In this document: positions 1 to 12,960 of the stretch, piece by piece
Position numbering within the stretch: position 1 is the first letter of the stretch
Layout: each line of letters begins with the position of its first letter
NCBI GenBank assembly: GCA_964187785.1
Contig: OZ076409.1
Coordinates: 80,416,001-80,480,000, forward strand
Length of the DNA: 64,000 nucleotides
Origin: Amphiscolops sp. MND2022
Taxonomy: Eukaryota
Reading direction: 5' to 3'
Translations under genes and position numbers: made by a program
Notes under the pieces: generated by a model
What the model saw: the letters and a program-made list of their open reading frames with translations, nothing else
Database searches by the model: none
What the model was told of the DNA's origin: nothing

Positions 1-1985
1 AGAAATGGCTTATTTTGATGTATTTTAAACAGCTTTCAAGCTAATGAATAGTTAAAATATTTAGGTTAATTCAGATTGTAAAAACAAGTTAAGCAGAAAA
101 TCCTGGAGTCTACCGGCCTTCTCGTTGCAAAATCATTGATCTGTATCGAAATCAATTACAAAACTCCATAGAAAACTACTCAATGGAAAATTGGTGACCA
201 AGACTTCGAGCAACAATTACCTTTGATTCAACTAACGCTTTTTCAGACTTTATAAAGTGAACAACAATACATCGTTCGAAATTACCTATATACCCAGACA
301 TAGAAAATTCACGCGTAATCAATAGAAGGAATTCCAAGTACGCCCTTTCTGTAACAAACATGTTAGTTAGAAACATATAGGCACTCCTTGTTAGAAAAAA
401 ATGTGGAATAAAAAATTACCTGGAATTGGGGATAAATAATCAGAATAAGTTGATTTAAAAAGAGAGTTAGCACAATTAAAAGAGAAAAGCTTAAACTACT
501 AATTCACAAGAATAGTGAATACTTCAATTTTTAATATATCTTCGAGTTCTCCCCAATAACAATGAATTATTCAATAGGCCGTAACGAAGGAATCACAACG
601 CCATCAATTGTTGAGCCAGTACGAAGCGACGTCTAGAAAATGGAAAATGTGGAATGGCACAATAAAAGAGGCAGGAACATTGAGCGAAGGGCGGAGTTGA
701 CTGATTTGGCAGGTACGAAAGCGGTCAAGTAAAAAGCAATAAACATAATCCAAGGAAAAATGTGGTACCAAAACTCAGCTCATTCGTGTTGGTATACAAC
801 TGAGCATGTTTTTCTACACCCATGTACACTTCAACTCGCTATATTCACTGTAGTACATATATTCTTTCTAACTGCACGAATTAAAGTCCGAATTTAAGTA
901 GAACGAATTTGAACGTATCAGAATATCAGCATTCGATTGCATAAAACTGATTGTTGTCGGAAAACCGCTGCTCGAGAAAAAACAGGAGAAATTGAAAATT
1001 TACTTTTTTGCATTTAAAATTCACATCGCACGACGTCAATCAAAGATTCTATTGGAGACAATGGTACTGTGAAGCAGAGGAGACTGCAGGTTGTCTGTTG
1101 GGGGAAATTAATGACTAAAAGATGACAAACTAAATTTCTGAGTGGAGCACAAATTGCTGCGCAGGCGCCGTGTTTTTTTGTAGAAACACTGCAAGAAACG
1201 ATAAATCGTTTTTTATTTCAGCGTGAAAGTATTTAAGAAACGGATGGTAAAGGAGAATGTTATTTTGAATTAATTACTTCGAATCGCTCATCGGTATATA
1301 AAAATGCTGTTCATGCGTTGCGAACATATTTCCTCCTGCTTCGAAAAAATGAAGTTATTAGGATTCGAAGCGTATTCTAATCTTACAGTAAGCCAAGCTT
1401 AAACTGAAGAAACCGTCTATAATACACGTGTGTCTTCTAATTGAAAGCTCATTGTTTTTTGCCAGAAAATATTCAGACAGATTAGCGTATACTAAGGCTA
1501 TCAAAACGTGTCAGCGTTCGAAACTATATACCCTGCGGTGCAATAAATTCTGAGGAGTTGCTTCTTTTTTGTAATAATGGAAAATCGAAATAAAACAATG
1601 GCCGATCGCCGAGGAAGAGCGAGAATAGTTATAGGATAGGAATGACCTCAAAAGGACCTTTAGGGAATTGGAATTTAAGAAAAAGCAGGATTTGATTTGA
1701 GCTGCTTGTTTCACAGGAAACCATTGTTGCCAACAAAGAATTTCTCTCAAGTGCAATGGACTGTCACAAGTGACAAGATAGGTTAGCTCCCTGCATCGAT
1801 GCACCATCTATTTTAGTTCATCAATTTTCAAACACCCGAGGTAACTTCCTCTTTCCCCGTTGATAAATTGAAAAAAAATCAAACAATGGTCTAACAAGTT
1901 GATTCAAGAATTAAGGAGAAACTTATTGAAGTACATTTTCGAAACATTACCGTGTAATTTCCCACTATTTATTTCCTCGTACCAT

Positions 1986-3500
1986 TTTTAGTCGGCGCTT
2001 TTCTAGTGAAAAGAGCCCGACTATTACAGTGACTAGTTTTTAGTCGGCGCCTTTTCCCTTAAGGAAAAAAGCCCGACTCTTACAGTGAGTAGTTTTTTTT
2101 AGTTGACAATCTCACTCTGAGTGGTCCACTTTTCTTACAACTTTCATAAATTTTTGAAAATCTCTTGATAATGGCGTCTTTTTGATAATAAAATTTGCAA
2201 CGTCTTTTTACATCATCTGAAAAACTCCACGGTACCTAAGGGTACTCCCTTTGAGTACTTTTCGGCTCTGTGAGACTTTCTTTTCGAAAAAAAAAATTTC
2301 CCCAAAGGGTCCCCTCTTCAATTTTTTGGAGTTTTCCGACAGAACAGATGTTAAAAAATCCCAAAGGGTCCCCCCTTTCAGTTTTTTCGGCATTGTGAGA
2401 CTTTTTTTTCGAAAATTTTTTTCACCAAAAGTGCCCCTCCTTCAATTTTTGTTGATGATTTGCGACAGAATGGATGAAAAATCTCAAAGTGTCCCCTCTG
2501 GTGCGCCTATTCGGTTCAACTTTTGGGTTTTTCCGGTACAGTAGAAGAGAAAACTTTGACACTTTGAAGTCCTTTTGCTGTCTTTGACCCTTAGATATGG
2601 CGCCGACTTGGGCCGTTCCCGGCTTGTTTTTAGTCGGCGCATTTTCCTTTAAGGAAAAAAGCCCGACTATTACAGTGGCTAGTTTTTTTTTTTTTTTCGT
2701 CAGACCACAGAGCTCATCGCGTATGTACCACTTTTTACAGAAACTGATAAGTTCACTCAGGCCAGTTCGACCAATGCAAACTTACTGCAAAGGGTCCCCC
2801 CTTTCGTTTTTTACCTTTTTTACGTAACCTACAAAACCGGAAGACTCCAAAGGGTCCCCCCTTACAATTTTTTTTCGGCACTGTGCGATTTTTTTTTCGA
2901 AAATTTTTAATTTTTCAAAAGAGTCCCCCCTTCGGATTTTTTGATATTTTGCAACAAAAAGTATGTTAATGAATCCCAAAGGGTCCCCCCTTTTCATTTT
3001 TTTGGCACTATGCGACGTTTTCGAAGTTTTTTCAAAAAAAATTTCAAAAAAAAAATTTTTCAAAAAATTTTTCAAATTTTTTTTGTTTCCAGTCGAGTCG
3101 GGAAAAGTGATTTTCCAGTCATATCGAGCATGAAAGGCACACTTTGGGTGTCTTTCGAAAGCGTTTTCAAAGCTTTTCATGAATACATCCTGGGCATATT
3201 TAGAAAACTCTGAGCTTTTTGAGCCTTAGATATAGCGCCGACTTTAGACGTTCCCGTCTTGTTCTTTCTTTTTTTCGACAGACTTTTCACTCATCGCGTA
3301 TGTACCACTTTTTGTGAAAGATTCACATTTACCAAAAGTACTCTACTTGATTTTGAACGCATCCAAAGGCCTTTACCTTGAAATGCAAAACCCAGAAGGG
3401 TCCCCCGTTCCAAATTTTCGGCGCTATGAGACTTTACCCGCCCCTTTTTCGGCTTTGTGATACTTTTTTTCGAAATTTTTTCAAGTCTTCAAAGGGTCCT
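1986..3500 (+). mobile_element. Nested/tandem cluster of Helentron/DINE-1-like non-autonomous elements (family A)
   Basis: 5' ends TTAGTCGGCGC...GCCCGACT at ~1988, ~2040 and ~2630. 3' ends GCGCCGACT + hairpin + TTGTT at ~2627 and ~3263. Internal AAAGGGTCCCCCTT repeats. The outer copy appears to resume at ~3264. Confidence 0.8.
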
Positions 3501-3669
3501 GTTTGCGCCTGAGATTTGAGAATATGTAGACCTGGAGCAAAAATATGGGAAAAACTCGATGTTAATTAATTCGTATCGATCTGGTGAAGGTTTTAGACCC
3601 TTTGATTTTCCCCCAGTACGTACCAAATTTTCGGAGACTCCACTTAATATCTGATAAGTTTCTTCGTTT

Positions 3670-4200
3670 TTCATCCTTTTCTTCATTTTAGTGCATCAAA
3701 CTTAACTACATCTTTTTCAGTTATTCGGTTCATTGGTGCTTCAAGGTTACACGATATTGGTTGAAGCGACTCATTCGACCTTTTATTCTATATTTGAAAT
3801 TGAAGGAATTTAAAGTTGTTGGTATTTTAGTGAATACATATTTGTTAATATATGGCGTGATTGAGCATTTCCTGTGCTTTGTTTCTTTTAAATTATTGTT
3901 CACGCCACATCTACGTAAATCATGTATTCTGGCCTCCATTGTGATTCCTTGCATGCCACATATTTATTTGTGACATTTTCTTAATAAATTTAAATGGATA
4001 TTTTGATGACTACTGAGTTTGATATTTAACGATATTTCGACTATTTTATATAATTAATACACAAATAATCGTTCAGTTTGGGTTATTCCATACCCACCTA
4101 CATATTTGTGGCTCTTTCGGCCGCTACAAATCCACCTTTCATTCACGCGTTGACATTCCAATTTTATGGTTAAATAGTTTGTTTGTTATGTAAACAATGC
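3670..4200 (-). pseudogene. Decayed Gypsy-like pol (RNase H region) remnant
   Basis: Minus-strand PYINKYVF...KGRMSRFNQYRVTLKH followed by DVVKFDAL loosely resembles the RNase H end motif (YL..F..TDH...GR..RW...NVVADAL). Many stops and frameshifts. Confidence 0.3.
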
Positions 4201-4529
4201 ATTCTATCAGAACATCAGTGGAATTTGGAATAACGCCAGTGAGCGGTTGATTGTTAACTCGAGATTAAATTGTTCAATTCTACATAATCGAGCACTATAG
4301 ACAGATTTCAGTCAAGTTGGGACTGGAATCACCAAGATTGTCCAGTTCGAAGAAGATTTGAAGATAGAAAAACTCAAAGTTAGGAAATAGCTAGCAATTG
4401 GAGCTTATTCGCCTCAGTGAAAAATATAGTCCTTTAAAAATCGAGAATTGGTGGGTTTATTGGTGGAAAGCAGGACGGACCAAGGACCGGCATAAGCTTG
4501 AATCTTTTGTTGGGATTTGAGTCCGCTGT

Positions 4530-5313
4530 TACAGGTCCCCCTTCTATTTTTTTGGTGTTTTGCAATTGAATGGATGTTGAAAAATCCTAAAGGGGCCCAC
4601 TTTTACATTTTTCGGCTTTATGAGACTGTTGAAAATTCTCATTTTTTTGGAAAAATTTAAAAAATTTTTTCGAAAATTTCCAATGTCTCCGAAGGGTTGC
4701 TCCTTCATTATTTTGAAATTTTGCAACAAACTGGATTTTTAAAAAACCCGAAGAGTCCCCCTTCTACAATTTTAAAAACTTTTGAGCCTTGGATATGGCG
4801 CCGACTTTAGACGTTCCCGTCTTGTTTTTAGTCAGCACTTTTCTAGTCAAAAGTGCCCGACTCTTACAGTGGCTAGTTTTTTTCGTCTGACTACAATCTC
4901 ACTCTGATTGGGCCACTTTTCTTACAATCGAAACTACTAAAACTACTACCATAAGGCCAAGTCCGGTCAGCGGAAATTAGTGCAAAAGGGTCCCCCTTTT
5001 CATTTTTTACTTTTTCAACGTAACCTACAAAACCGGACGAGACTAAAGAGTCCCCCCTTTCAATTTTTGTTCGGCATTGTGCGACTTTTTTCGAAAATTT
5101 TTTAATGTCTCAAAAGAGTCCCCCTTTCGAGTTTTTTGATATTTTGCAATAGAATCTATGTTAATAAAGCCCAAAGGGTCCCCCTTTTACATTTTTCGGC
5201 ACTTGCGACATTTTCTGAAAGAAAAAAATCAAAAATTTCAAGTTTTTTGTTTAAAGTATTTTGCGATTTTGAGCCTTAGATACAGCGCCGACTTTAGACG
5301 TTCCCGTCTTGTT
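4530..5313 (+). mobile_element. Two head-to-tail family A Helentron-like elements
   Basis: 3' end ...GCGCCGACTTTAGACGTTCCCGTCTTGTT at ~4826 abuts a new 5' end TTAGTCAGCAC...GCCCGACT; second 3' end at 5313. Confidence 0.85.
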
Positions 5314-5800
5314 GTAATAGCAGAATTACCGCCAAATTCGCACATTGGTTTGCACCATGAAATAGTAAAAACAGGATGCATAAATTCTCGAATATTTGAC
5401 ATTTCCGTTCATGGGAAGCTCGGAACTGATGTCTAATTAAATGGCTTTCACTTTTCAGGTTCATTGGCGTCTGGTAAAATCCAATTAAATCTCCTAGCAG
5501 AATTTTGGGACATACCGCAATATTGAGACAAAAATCTGACCACATTGTGTTATATCCAGAGCAAAATTTGGAAAAAAACTAGTTTCGGAAAATTTTGGTA
5601 AACACTTTCCTTGTAAGATATCTTGCAAAATTTTTGCCTGAAATTCAACTCCTCGCAAGACACTGGAGAAATTGAAGAAGCGTGGATATATTGATGACGT
5701 TGTGATATCAATTGAGGATGAAAAAATTGGATTAAAATGTCAACAAAAGTTATTGCTAGGATGTTTCCTAGAGATTTTCTATAGAATTACCAAATTACTT
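5314..5800 (+). pseudogene. Decayed BEL/Pao-type reverse transcriptase fragment
   Basis: Across frameshifts: HIGLHHEIVK...RIFDISVHG...LNG (cf. Pao YLPHHAVVK...RVVFDAS...SLND), then GYIDDVVIS (YxDD catalytic motif) at ~5685. Confidence 0.5.
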
Positions 5801-7409
5801 TATTTCTATTATCCATTTATAGATATCAATTGCTGAAAATATCAATTTAAAATATGTAATTAGAGATGAAGAAATTTTGATAGGAAAACAATGAAAAAAC
5901 TGTGCTGGGAGGGACATTTTTGCATGAGGAGCTACAATGAATAACTAGAATTGAGTTAATCGAATCTAACTTCCATTGGCATTAATTCAATTGGCAAGCA
6001 ACTGGCTACACAAAAAGAGACAAATTTCCCGCTCCAAAGACATCCAGGCCAGCCCATAGACACACCGGGCGTTAAAAGTTATTCAAATGAATACAAATGC
6101 ATCCGATTTTTGCATCACAGGTAGTGAGATCGCTCTATGTCTGGGATTGCGTAGCCAAAAATTGGGGTTTTCAACCGGAAACGCGTCTGTAAATGAATTG
6201 GTTGTCATGAAAAAATTGTGAAAATTATTCCTAATCAAGGGTTTCATTTTTGCCATTTAGTTCAAAAACATTCCATGAAATCATTACTCAATGGTAAAAA
6301 TAGTGAGAAAATTACTTACTGAATCAGAAAATATCGGAAGTTGATCCTATTTGGGCGTTGATGGGAGAATTTGCGATCCATTTTAACAATCAAAGCTTGC
6401 TCAAGAGAAATTACTCGATATAAATGTATACGCCGGTTATTACACAGGTCTTTGTAAAAACAATAATCGAATCATCGACTTCGCAGCACTTTTTAAAAGA
6501 AAAAACTCCAAGTGGTTGTTTCAACTTCATTTTCCAAAATGTTGACTATTTCAGTGAACCTTATGCATTGAAGGATGTTGGAGAGTGTTAACCGATGTTG
6601 CGGTAGTGTAAAGTTACCAAAAGTGGTACTACAAATTAGCAGCAACGAACATGATGTATAAACTCCCTAAGTACGGCGACTACTTCAAAAAAACTCTTGA
6701 AAATCAGTGGCTACGACCAAAAACTATCTCTTGAGACGAATGTTAGTCATGCATTTTTCAAAAATTGTCCTCACCTATCAACAATTATTTTAACAAAAAA
6801 TGCTATAGTTTTTATTTTATTATCTATAGATGAAGCTCGAACTGATCAATTCTTCGAAATACAAAATGCGTATTGCCAAAAAATAGCGGAAATCGATGTT
6901 AAAGAATGCTAGAAGAACTGAACTGTTCGTTTGTTGTAACCGGAATTCTGGAAAATGCTATTTCTTTTCCATTTTTCCAATTGGCTATCAGAACTCCATT
7001 TATTGGCTAATTGCCTGTGAATTGCTCATCATGGTAAAATATTTTTAGCGATGGGTATGTCCTCGACAGTACACCGAGAAGTTGAAAACGTGACAAAAAT
7101 TGGCAATTTTTTTTCAAAGCTTCATTTCTCCACGAATAATAGCCGCAGCTCAAATTTGTTCCTGAAAGCCCTTTACTCAAGCTTTCAAATGCACACTAAT
7201 TAACACACTCATAGTTGAAGCTTCATGGAAAAACTTCTATATGCGTTTTCAATGGAGGCCTACTGTATTACTAGAGTGGGACAAAACTTAGCAAACAGTT
7301 GCTGGGTTATTTTTGAAATGTAATTTTTTTGCAACTTTTCACTTTTTTCCAGTTACTTTTTTGTCGGTGGCTCGGAAAAAATATAATATTGACACAAATA
7401 ACAACTCAC

Positions 7410-7556
7410 CCCAGTTAGTCCAATAGATTGTCGATCAGAAAAATGAATTTTCGTTTTCCTGTTTTTTGTGTTCCGTAATTTTTTTGATTGCGAAAAAAAT
7501 CGGTCATCAATTGAGGACGAAATCACTGTCGAGGATACAGAATCTTGCTGGTGCTG
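7410..7556 (-). CDS. Candidate coding exon (phase 0/0), basic C-terminal part
   Basis: TTTTATAG acceptor, open frame QHQQDSVSS...KNRKTKIHFSDRQSIGLTG, GTGAGT donor. An ATG|GTAAGT lies at 7599-7591, giving a 40-nt intron. Confidence 0.3.
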
Positions 7557-8239
7557 CTATAAAATCCCGTAGCTAATTCAGGTTTAAAAGACTTACCATT
7601 TTTATAGAGAAGAAAGTAACTGAATAGAATTGAAGACAGTCCATAAAATGCAAGTTATGATCTTAAAGTTTAGCTAACAGTTCTAATTTTCCAAGCGTTT
7701 CAAGACAAGCCTTATTTCACAACTCCGTTATATATTTTCTCATTTGTCTTCCACGATTGTGAGATGTTGCAAGAGACTGTCAATGCAAACATCCCCGTCT
7801 TTTGGAGTAAATCAGGACAGTCACATGACTTCAAAAGTTTGCAGTTAAACTTGAGGACAAACTGTGATTCATTTATTTATCAAAAAACAGAATAGAGTTT
7901 ACAAATCGGCGGCTTATAACTTCTTTCAGGTCCAAGTGACACAGGCGTCGTTGTGAGCAGGAAAACAAAAAGTAAATGTCTTCAATTGCTAGAATTGTTA
8001 CTCAGCAGTTTCTACAAAGAGACAGGTTTTACTTACAGAGTTCCAGCCAATAATCGGCGACCAGAAAGGGGCGAGTGGAAATTACAGGGGGGCTATAAAT
8101 TTTTTCTGGTTCCATATATACTTGCAATTCCATATATATTTTCACTACCAAACGAGAAAGTTCGGGTTTGATAACTGTACACCAAGTGATCGATCATACA
8201 CCAAGTTATTTCTTGATTTCGGTAAAATAGATTTCCCGC

Positions 8240-8746
8240 AACACGAAAGCACATTTTGTTCTTGAATAAAAATATTTCACTGATAAGAGAATATTATATG
8301 AATGTGAATACTTATTATCGTTACAGCTGTTTTGATATTTCCAGCAGAAAACGACTCTAATTTTTCGATATTTTTGTCCAAGATAGCAAAAATTCACGAT
8401 TGGAACAAGCTAAAATCGTATAAAAAGGCCCTTATTTCAACGCGAATATTCTCCGTGATAAAATCTAATGAGCATCTGGCAGCCAATGTAAAAGATAGAA
8501 TTATGTCGACATCAATTACTTTATTGGACCAAAATTTCAATGTAAACTATATCGACATAATGGTACTCGAACTGTTGAAATAGCGTCCTTTTTATCCAAT
8601 TTTAGCTTGTTCCCCGCGTGAAGTTTCGGACAATATCAAAAAATATGGTATTTTTTGCTGGAAGTGTCAAAACAGCTGTAGCGACAATCCTCTAAGTATT
8701 TACATTCATATAATAGTCTCAATTGTGAAATATATTTTTTCGTGTT
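8240..8746. mobile_element. Fold-back MITE with ~200-bp imperfect inverted arms
   Basis: AACACGAAA...TTTCGTGTT ends; arms pair internally (e.g. ACAGCTGTTTTGA / TCAAAACAGCTGT). Related sequence at 15132-15460. Confidence 0.75.
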
Positions 8747-9074
8747 TTTGGTCTGCGCATTTTCCTCTAAAAGGAAAGAAGCCCGACTATTACAGTGACT
8801 AGTTTTTTTCGTCGGACAACAGAATCTATGCGTAGTGGACACTTTTTTACAGAACTACTGGACCGGCAAGTGGAAACGCATCTAAGTTAGTGCAAAGGGC
8901 GAATTTGTTTTCGGGACTATGCAACTTTTTTCGATTTTTTTGTGTCCAAAGAGTCCCCTTCATTTTTTTGATACTGTACAACAATTTATGATTAAGCCTT
9001 CTTTTACAATTTTAAAAACTTTCCGCTTTTTGAGCCTTAGATATAGCGCCGACTTCAGACGTTCCCGTCTTGTT
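8747..9074 (+). mobile_element. Family A Helentron-like element
   Basis: Degenerate 5' end with GCCCGACTATTACAGTG; 3' GCGCCGACTTCAGACGTTCCCGTCTTGTT. Confidence 0.85.
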
Positions 9075-9245
9075 ATTTTCCGCCCCATATAATGGGGGAG
9101 GAAAATCATAATCTGTGTCGCGTTTTCTTTTCCAAATTCTGCCAAACCTCCAGTTTAGCTCCACACCACTCAACTAAAATAGTCAAGTAACTAAAATAGT
9201 CAAGAACTAAAACAGTCAAGTAACTAAGTGAGTTGACTATTCAAT
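9075..9245 (+). repeat. Dispersed repeat with ~17-bp tandem units (AACTAAAATAGTCAAGT)
   Basis: 3-4 tandem units at 9172-9228. A largely inverted related copy lies at ~51535-51705. Confidence 0.6.
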
Positions 9246-10329
9246 AAAAGTTTTAGTTACTAGTATTCAATATTGCGTTTTAAAAATAACGTCCCAGAAT
9301 GTTACAATAATGAGTTAAAAGCTCGAAGATATAAGTTTGAAAAGTAAATGGTTAAACTGAACCATTAAAATTCATGTTCCATTCAAACTCAACATATTCG
9401 ATTTGTCTTTTATGGCTGCAAGCAATTGTCTAAGAATCATAATTTCAATCACATTTTCAAGAGAATTTCTAGTCGCGTTTCGGGTATAATCAGGTTAGTT
9501 CGAATTTCGAAATATCAAGAATCTAAAACAGAACATATGTAGTTGCTGCTGAACTGAAAACTGGAATTTACCGATGAGGTTTTAGCTGTATGATTCTATG
9601 AAACCAAAAATTCATCGGTTAGAGATTATGTAATGATAAACAAAATTTTCAACTTTCTCCAGTAGGACTGTTTTTACCTAACTTCACTGTTAGTATAAAT
9701 GATACAAAAATAGTACTCTGCCTGTTTTATTGCTAAACAAAGCATTATAATTGAAATTCTGCTTGTCAAAAAATTTTGTTTATAAAAATTAAACTTCCTA
9801 ACGTTTACTCTTGAGGTGAACAATTATTTGTTGAACTAATTAAAATTTTAGTGGAAATTAATTATACCGATCTCCGAGTCCCAAATCCAGGTCCGAGAAT
9901 TTCCTCTTTCTGTTTATCAACAACAACCCGGGGAAGTTTACTTAACAGAGAATGCCCAAAAAGCAAAGAAACATTTTCCGTAACGCCCTGTCTCGCCAAG
10001 AGTGGTAACATCAGAAGTACAAAATATCACATTCATTCAAAAAGGCGTCAAAAATATGGAGAAAAATAGTTTTTCAATATGAAAAATGTCCGTGGACAAA
10101 TCTTCGTCTAGTTTAAATCATATTTTTCTGCTCTTCACAAAACCTCGATAAACTTAAGATTTGATGTCAGAGTACCGATTCAGTTTACCTTGATTGCTTT
10201 GAGCAATTGCGTATTTCTTAAAAAGTGCTACTGCAATTTCATCAGATTTATGCATCAATTCTTTGTCCGCCCATGAACTTCCATTCGTGATTCATCCATG
10301 TTTTGTCATGAACAAGACTACTAATTTAG

Positions 10330-11010
10330 TATAACAAAGCAAAAAATCTATGGTTTTGTATGATGATCCATGAACAATATGATTGCCAAGACACCTGTGG
10401 AGGTATAGGGGACGGTAAATAACGTCCAAAGAAGGCAATCGTGATATGCCTCGGTCACATTCCTCTGGTGTCCTAAATGCAGAAGTGAAGCGAAGCGGAG
10501 CGACGTGCCATTACCGGTATAGCAGCTGGTTTTGTCGAAGGCCGACGTGGAGGGGCGCGAAGCACCTCGGAAGGATGAAGGCTTAGTCATAAAGCAAAGT
10601 TTTCAATCGGTTTTTACTTTTGAGATTTTTTGGATTTCAATTCCAATAAATATTCTTGGACGTTATTTCCTCCAACCCAGGCGTAGTAGCCAACAGAGAT
10701 CACGTTCAATTCTAAGGGTGTTTCAAGAAGGATGAAGGGTCAATCATTTTCATTATGATAATTTATTCGGGACTCCGCTTCCGGTAGGAGTAGGTCAGCG
10801 GTTGATACTAATTACAGTTGAATCCGCCCAATTCGTATCGCTTGGGACCGAATACAATATTACGGAAAATGAGACATACGAATTAACCGGATGATATTAT
10901 TTTGGTTGTCGCAAAATGGGATTCTCAGGCATGTACCAATCAAACGAAGATCCCAATTATCCGGAGTTGACTGTAGTAAAAAAAATTCGCTCGAAAGTAT
11001 CAATTTTGTG
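10330..11010 (+). pseudogene. Possible trypsin-like serine protease pseudogene, interrupted by a MITE
   Basis: Removing ~10408-10677 joins LWFCMMI...TCGGIVANRDHVQF*GCF (cf. PW...CGG.L...VLTAAHC). Later HFHYDN...RLILITV and ELTG*Y (cf. HP.Y..NDIALI.L, VTGWG). Confidence 0.35.
10408..10677. mobile_element. MITE with AAATAACGTCCAA subterminal inverted repeats
   Basis: GG...AAATAACGTCCAA / TTGGACGTTATTT...CC. Degenerate 9-bp flanks GAGGTATAG / CAGGCGTAG. Core GCACGTCGCT motif shared with ~13868 and ~32915. Confidence 0.55.
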
Positions 11011-12889
11011 AATTTACAGTACATTTTGTTTTTTTTCGGAAAAGAAGAACATCGAATTTGAGCAGTTTAAAATCAAACTTTCCATTTAAGATTGAGTTTC
11101 ATCACTGACTCGACATTTGCTTCCATCATAAGTGCACACATCAAAATAAACCCATTTGCGGTTTGAATTTAAAATAGCAATTAGTGTCTGAGAGATGTCA
11201 ATCATTTGCGATATCACTTTCCAAGGTTGATTCTTGTGAAAGGTGATCATTGTTTCTTTAGTTGACGTCAATCGGGAGGAAAATAAAGCTTTTGATAGAC
11301 AGAGTCAAGCATTTCTGGCGTAAATGGCAACAATATCATCACCTTAATGGCTTTTAAAAGCTCTTATCCAAGTCTGTTCAATTAGGTCAATGAAATATGT
11401 TAAATTTTAGTTCATGCTGGAGTTGATGGCTTTTCAAAGTGCTTTTTTTGCGTGAATTGATTCGTTTTCTTCTGATTTGTTTCTGAAAAACGATAGATGT
11501 TGAATGCAATCTCTCCCTCCAACAAAGTGGAATAAGTTTACAACCAAATTTCATGGAAAGACCATGCAAAAAGATGGAACTGGCGTTTCTCGAAAAATGG
11601 AGAAAAATCATTTTGAAATCTATATAAACCAAATTTACTACTAGTAAAAGTGGAACGAAGCATCCAAATTTCGAATTGTTGGAAAAATGTTCAAGAAAAT
11701 GAATGCGGACAACTGAAAAGCGTCAAAACCTTTTTTATTCGACTCTTTTGCTACCAATAAAAACAGCTACAGTCGGACAGGATACGAAACCTATTCCAAC
11801 TATAGTCGTAGCTAGCTCTCCGCTGGCATAGTTTTTTCTGAACAGCAACCCCACCTTCTAAAGTTGATAACTGTACTTTCGCGATATTTTCTAAACATGT
11901 ATGTACCGACAAAAGTTCCGTCCTTAATGGCACTGATGGCATTTATCGAAAACGTTTTCGACTTCTTGTCAGTTTTAGCATCACCAAAAACCTCTAGATA
12001 ACAAAGTTTTGTAAACAATAATTTTTGCACGAATTTTTACAAAAAAAAAACAAAGAAAAGCCACTATGTCTTTGTTTTATTGACAAGAATTATCACCAAA
12101 AATATTGCAATTTTATCGAGATTGGTTAAATACAGTTTCTATAGGGAATGGGACATTTTTGAGAATTCTTCTGTTACAGAATTATAACTTTTGTCGAAGC
12201 TATTCACTGACGTTATCTAACTTTTTCTAACGTTAGAAAAAATGCATTCGCTTTCTCGTAACGACGGAATTATCGTTAGCTAACTCAAAAATCTGAGTTA
12301 AATTTCACCTGTAATCTAACTTGTATTCGCGAATATCGAACGCTAGAAAATGATCAAAATTTCCAAACTCGTGTAGCTTGAAAGTTGAAGGTATGAACGA
12401 AATTCCATCAAGCTGCGAAAACTATAACGAATGGAAAAATTGCGTAACTTTAATTTATAGCGAAAACAGTTAAAGTTTTGTCTGTGATTTCAAAAGATAG
12501 CGAATACGCTCATAGTATGAAACTTTTTCCGAGAACCGGAAGTGAACTCAAATTTTTCTGTGCTTGAACAGAAAAGTTTTCAGATTTTTGACCCCGATTT
12601 TGAGAATTCAAGTCAACGGTTTAATGTTACTCTAAAATGAAGTCATGCTTGTCTTAAGAATTCACAAGGAAGACCTTCCTCCTCGAAGTGTGGCGAAAAC
12701 AGATTATGAATTGACTTTAATTGAAACCTTTTCTAGGGGTAGTTTTTATGAATATGTAAAAAAGTGGAGTTTTTGTAAGAAATAGGAATCTACATTTCTG
12801 ACTTTTTGGAGAACACACCAGCCTGATAATATATTCATTATGATGTTAAATTGCAGTGAAGACACACACGTTTGACAGGTCTACTGATA

Positions 12890-12960
12890 AGGAAGTATGC
12901 TAGCGGGGAAGGAACGAAGAAGGCCACGGGTTCGAGTCCCGCCAGGTCCCATTGTTTTGT
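12890..12960 (+). other. tRNA-derived (SINE-like) Pol III B-box remnant
   Basis: GGGTTCGAGTCCC T-arm hairpin at ~12928; no full cloverleaf. Confidence 0.45.

Noticed and set aside
2208..3213. Overlapping Phe/Lys-rich ORFs (also at ~4544, 5158, 13336, 39153, 49189)
   Set aside because: They are translations of A/T-run-rich family A repeats on both strands; no domain motifs.
6040..7266. Possible Tc1-like element ending GGCCTACTG|TA
   Set aside because: Only one convincing TIR; left end and transposase motifs not identifiable.
10700..11010. Alternative genetic code or selenocysteine to explain two in-frame TGA
   Set aside because: The SAMD15-like gene uses TGG for Trp and TGA as stop; other lesions nearby indicate pseudogene decay.
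12890..12960. tRNA gene calls here, at 51440-51525 and at ~63580
   Set aside because: Only isolated A/B boxes or arms; no complete acceptor stem or cloverleaf, so treated as SINE-like remnants.
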